Below the pieces are notes generated by a model. The model had not been told where the DNA came from. It was given only the letters and a program-made list of their open reading frames with translations, and searched no databases. This document shows, piece by piece, positions 60,174-64,000 of a stretch of 64,000 nucleotides of DNA. The DNA comes from Methanotrichaceae archaeon. GTDB lineage: Archaea > Halobacteriota > Methanosarcinia > Methanotrichales > Methanotrichaceae. Location of the stretch: the NCBI GenBank assembly GCA_963813075.1, contig CAWEXU010000005.1:32001-96000 (forward strand). Direction: 5' to 3'. Position 1 is the stretch's first letter. Each line of letters opens with the position of its first letter. The position numbers were made by a program, and so were the translations under genes.

Positions 60174-61058
60174 ATGATGGACGCAGAAATTCTAGATAAT
60201 TATCGGAAGGCCGGACGGATTCTGGCCGAAGTGCTGGAAGAGGCAAGGCCGAGGGTAGATGTAGGGGTGCCCCTGCTGGAGGTGGGCGAGTTCGTGGAGG
60301 AGGCCATAAGGTCAAAAGGCGGACTGCCTGCATTTCCCTGCAACATATCTTTAGACCGGAGCGCAGCTCATTATACTCCCTCGCCAAAGGACGAGAGCGT
60401 CTTTGCCGAGAATATGGTAAAGCTGGATGTGGGAGTGCATGTGGACGGCTACATAGCCGATGCCGCCATCACCATAGATCTCGGCGGCCACGAGGATCTG
60501 GTCCTCGCTGCTCAGGCGGGCCTTGATGCCGCCCTGGAGCTGGTAGGGCCAGGGGTGAGCACGGCTGATATTGGCAAAGCAATAGAGGATGCCATAGTTG
60601 GCTACGGGTACAAGCCGGTGTACAATCTGACCGGGCACGGACTCTCCCGTTATACTGCTCATGACCTGCCAGCGGTGCCGAACAGGGGCATGGATAAAGG
60701 GGTAACCCTAAAGGAAGGGGATGTCATTGCCATCGAGCCCTTCGCCACCAATGGCTCAGGGAGAATCAGCGAGGCGCCCATCACCGAGATCTATGGATTT
60801 TCCGGCCCGCGGCCCCAGAGGCTCCCCGCGGCCAGAGCGCTGATGAAGGAGATAATGGAGAGCTACAAAACCCTTCCCTTCGCCAGACGGTGGTTGAAAG
60901 GGGAACGGGCGGAGTACTCATTGATGCATCTCGTGCGGAGCGGGGCTGTGCACGGATATCCGGTTCTTTGGGAGGTCGAGGGGGCACTGGTCTCCCAGGC
61001 GGAGCATACGGTCCTGATTCTGGAAAATGGATGCGAGGTTACAACCAGGCTCCGCTAA
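60174..61058 (+). CDS. map: Type II methionine aminopeptidase
   Basis: AFPCN..AAHYTP, KLDVGVHVDGYIAD, LTGH, AIEPF, QAEHT. Confidence 0.95.
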   Translation: MMDAEILDNYRKAGRILAEVLEEARPRVDVGVPLLEVGEFVEEAIRSKGGLPAFPCNISLDRSAAHYTPSPKDESVFAENMVKLDVGVHVDGYIADAAITIDLGGHEDLVLAAQAGLDAALELVGPGVSTADIGKAIEDAIVGYGYKPVYNLTGHGLSRYTAHDLPAVPNRGMDKGVTLKEGDVIAIEPFATNGSGRISEAPITEIYGFSGPRPQRLPAARALMKEIMESYKTLPFARRWLKGERAEYSLMHLVRSGAVHGYPVLWEVEGALVSQAEHTVLILENGCEVTTRLR

Positions 61059-61079
61059 ACGTTTTTTTTAAGGATAGGG

Positions 61080-61691
61080 CTAGTCACCCTCTCCGGTATC
61101 CTCCGATCCGTCCTCATCTTTGTAGCTATCATCGCCGATCATGGCTGCGGAGATGGCATCAATGCCGTCCATCAGCTCGGCAGTCATGCAGTAGGGCAAT
61201 TCGCCGATCTCAGGAAGGCTCTCCCCGCTGACCACCCTGGCCCCTACCTGGCTGAGCAGATCGAAGGCCTGGTCCAGGTCCTCCTTCTCCTCTGCCGCTA
61301 CCGCCCTTGCCACCAGCTCCTCAATCGGGCTCTCCTGATCGAAGCTTCCGGTGATATAGCGCTGGCTGGAGACGAACACCGCCGCAAGGGAGGTCTTGAG
61401 GGATTCTATCATCAGATCAGCATCCTCTCCCAGGGATTCGTGCTCCTGGAAGACTATTGAACGGATGGACTCGATTTCGTCCAGGGCCTCATCAGTAGTT
61501 ATGATCTCTCTTTCAGAGCGGGCTATAACCTTCAGACAGGCTAAAACCACATCGTCCATTATGTAGATGAAGACCGCTCCCGAGTTCTTGTCATCGGACT
61601 CTGTGAGCTTGAAGTTGCTTTCCTTCACCTTGTTCATCCAGTTAAGCCACCGCTTCTGGGTGTAGAATTCTTCCTTCATTGTAGAACTCAT
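61080..61691 (-). CDS. DUF2150 family protein
   Basis: EFYTQKRWLNW, DDVVLAC acidic archaeal conserved pattern. Confidence 0.75.
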   Translation of the reverse strand: MSSTMKEEFYTQKRWLNWMNKVKESNFKLTESDDKNSGAVFIYIMDDVVLACLKVIARSEREIITTDEALDEIESIRSIVFQEHESLGEDADLMIESLKTSLAAVFVSSQRYITGSFDQESPIEELVARAVAAEEKEDLDQAFDLLSQVGARVVSGESLPEIGELPYCMTAELMDGIDAISAAMIGDDSYKDEDGSEDTGEGD

Positions 61692-61707
61692 CCTTTATCT
61701 TAACAAT

Positions 61708-62217
61708 TCAGCGGTATGTATCCGCCAGGGCCACTCTCTCGATAACCAGGTCCTCGATCCTGTCCTCGCCCACCGCTTCAAGCTCTGCAGAAGAGATATT
61801 AAAAGCCTCTTTCACCGCTTCATATCGGCAGGAGCAGCCAAGTCCATCCGGCTTGAGGAGTCTGGATAGCTCTCTTTCACCCGGCCAGGAACACTCGCTG
61901 CCCCGGCTGGTAAGGATCAGGGCTATGCGCTCTGTCCTATCTGATACGCCCATATTAAGGGCCCTTTCGATCTGCCTCTCTCCGGAAGCATATCTCATTA
62001 TCTCCATGCCGGCATCATTGGCGATGTTTCTCTTCTGAGAGAAGGCAGACATGGCCTTTTCCGTGGCAAAGAGAAGGTGCCTGGTGCTAACCACTTTATC
62101 TGCATCCAGGGCCTGTACAATACAGCCATATTGAAGTTGCAGATTTTTTATTGCCGAAATGAGCTCCCTTTTATCTGGGATGGCAGGCCGTCCGAAGAGG
62201 AGGCGGATTTCATTCAT
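61708..62217 (-). CDS. cgi121: KEOPS complex subunit Cgi121
   Basis: QALDAD.V.S.RHL, EIMRYASGERQIERAL..G, ERVAL. Confidence 0.88.
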   Translation of the reverse strand: MNEIRLLFGRPAIPDKRELISAIKNLQLQYGCIVQALDADKVVSTRHLLFATEKAMSAFSQKRNIANDAGMEIMRYASGERQIERALNMGVSDRTERIALILTSRGSECSWPGERELSRLLKPDGLGCSCRYEAVKEAFNISSAELEAVGEDRIEDLVIERVALADTYR

Positions 62218-62380
62218 CTCTGCAAAATCAGATCCGGTGCTCTAAAAGCTTGCGGTCTTGCAATCGATTTACGCAAAGATCATAGAAATATATGTGACAA
62301 AATGAATTAAAAGCGTCTAAAAATGCTAAAATCTGAGGAGGGCAGTATTCTCTGCCCAATTAGGTGTAAATTTTAGCCTT

Positions 62381-63241
62381 TCAGACCAGGCCGGCACGCT
62401 GCAATCTGAGCAGATCTGCCGTGTCGAGCTTCTCGCCCTGCCGGAAGTGAGTAAGGATCTCTTCTGCCTCGCGCTTGGCAACCTCTTTGGCGCGATCCTC
62501 TTTGATATCCTTATTCTTCTTCTTCAAGCCCATGATGACCTTCTCGAAGTCGCGAACCTCGCGCTGGGTGCGGATGAACTCCTTATGCTGCTCATCTGCA
62601 GCCTCCTGGGCCTTCACAAACTCCTTGTGGGCAGCGTCTGCTTCCGCACGGGTCTGATCGGCGTCCTTGAAGGTGGCGATCATCTGATCATGATATTCCT
62701 GGGCCAGCTCTGCATATCGTGTGACTTCATCGTGGTGCTTGGATGCCTCATCCCTCAATGCCTGGGCCTCATCCAGAAGCTTTCTCAGCTCGTCGTTCTT
62801 CTCAAGCTGCTCTTTACGGCTCCTGAACTCCGCATGCAGGGAGGCGATCTTGTCCACCAGTTGTTTTTCTTTGTCCGGGCTCAAGACCTCAGTCTGCTGC
62901 CTAAATTCCAGGTGATCTATCTCCCGGCGCAAGTCTCTTATCGATCGATCACCGGTAAGGTTGTACTTCTTGCGGATATCGTCTATCCTGGCGTAGAGCT
63001 GATTGGTCTTCTCGTTGAACTCGTCCCTGTGCTTCTTGGATTCAGCCACATTCTTGTTGTTCTCATCTCGCAGCTTCTTGAGCTCCTGGGCCTTATCGAT
63101 CAATTCCTTGGTGCCCTTGTTCAGCTCATTTCTCTTGGCGGCCCACTTGCTCGCCTCTGCGTTTAATTGGCTGCGTCTATCCTTAAAGGCAAGGGACTCC
63201 TGCCTGAGTTTGCCTCTTTTATCTTCTAGTTCTGCCAGCAT
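62381..63241 (-). CDS. Archaeal coiled-coil protein (COG1340-like)
   Basis: Heptad-rich; LEFRQQT..L...EK.LV, C-terminal GEKL.T.DL..LQ. Confidence 0.85.
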   Translation of the reverse strand: MLAELEDKRGKLRQESLAFKDRRSQLNAEASKWAAKRNELNKGTKELIDKAQELKKLRDENNKNVAESKKHRDEFNEKTNQLYARIDDIRKKYNLTGDRSIRDLRREIDHLEFRQQTEVLSPDKEKQLVDKIASLHAEFRSRKEQLEKNDELRKLLDEAQALRDEASKHHDEVTRYAELAQEYHDQMIATFKDADQTRAEADAAHKEFVKAQEAADEQHKEFIRTQREVRDFEKVIMGLKKKNKDIKEDRAKEVAKREAEEILTHFRQGEKLDTADLLRLQRAGLV

Positions 63242-63244
63242 CCC

Positions 63245-63345
63245 CCGTTTATCCTCCTGTTCCAGCCCGCGGCTGGGGTTTGGTCCCGCTCCGGAACCAA
63301 AAAACCCGGGAATCCTTCGCCAGGGTGGCGAAGCGCTTTTCTATG
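63245..63345 (-). promoter_or_regulatory. Structured 5' leader of coiled-coil gene
   Basis: Three consecutive hairpins between a TATAAAAA box (~63362-63370) and an AGGAGG RBS. Confidence 0.5.
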
Positions 63346-63841
63346 GCGCGATACATATGGGTTTTTTATATGCTCAATTTATTGATCCAATGGTATTGCC
63401 CTGTTAGGTAAGATCAAAAAATGGCCATTCCATAAGATCAATAGGAGCGAACATACTAAAGACCTATCGAGAAACCCTTTACGTATTAACCTTTTGGTAT
63501 GCTAAAGTGATCTAACCGGCCAAAACGGGATTCAGATCGGGATTAAACCAATTATTTTTAAAGGGCTCTTTAACGATTGACCCATAACTACACTGCTTTC
63601 AGCAGGGGTGCTTATCTGCGCTGATATCTATTCGGTATGTCCGACCTCAAATAAAATCTTTTAAAGTTTTAAAAATTTTATAAAAATCTTATGAATTTAT
63701 TCATAATATGCTTGCCGCAAGGGGAAAATCCATTTCATATTTATAAAAGGCGATCAACAGATTAAAATAGGTGAGTTGACCTAAAGAAAAGAAGGATCAC
63801 TTAATGAAAATGGCGATATTCGCTTAGATGGAGGGATTGAT

Positions 63842-64000
63842 CTGAATAAGGCTATATTAGCACTGTTGGCAGCAATGGTTTTGATTGCTTTTACAGGGAT
63901 TTCACTGGCAGGAGAGATAGTTGAACCAGCGACAATGAAATACCCCAACGCATATGTGGAGAAGAACACCACCTTCAATTTCGAGCAGAGCGTTCAGGGT
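63842..64000 (+). CDS. Secreted protein, 5' part (runs off window), probable CTG start
   Basis: GGAGGG then CTG AAT AAG: (M)NKAILALLAAMVLIAFTGISLAGEIVEP.. signal peptide. Confidence 0.6.
   Translation, partial: MNKAILALLAAMVLIAFTGISLAGEIVEPATMKYPNAYVEKNTTFNFEQSVQG

Overview
Archaeal chromosomal DNA from a methanogen, most likely Methanothrix/Methanotrichaceae. This is inferred from cfb F430 genes, AfpA, AglB, GGGP synthase, L40e, Cgi121, RFC, bacterial-type gyrAB and AAAGCT-TATA promoters. The backbone is housekeeping: MutS-like, trpS, aglB, ileS, rfcS, a hybrid kinase, gyrBA, iorAB plus aryl-CoA ligase, panE, secE, cfbAED, aksE/aksF-like, malic enzyme, rpl40e, GGGPS, map and cgi121. Two visibly AT-rich accessory/defence-type islands interrupt it. 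Island 1 (~22.6-28.0 kb) has a 60-aa ORF plus a papain/C39-like peptidase, an internally deleted hsdS relic, and a coupled tcmP-DUF5131-fic operon. Island 2 (~38.9-45.5 kb) has a Type IIG R-M gene with a scrambled target-recognition region, a DUF6932-like nucleotidyltransferase with a coupled partner, and two orphans. Two tRNA genes were read by eye: tRNA-Cys(GCA), and a tRNA-Ser(CGA) interrupted by two non-canonical BHB-type introns (D-loop and T-loop), the most unusual item here. More than a dozen genes, including essential ones, carry single-base frameshifts, which most likely reflects long-read assembly error. All family assignments come from motif recognition, not database searches.
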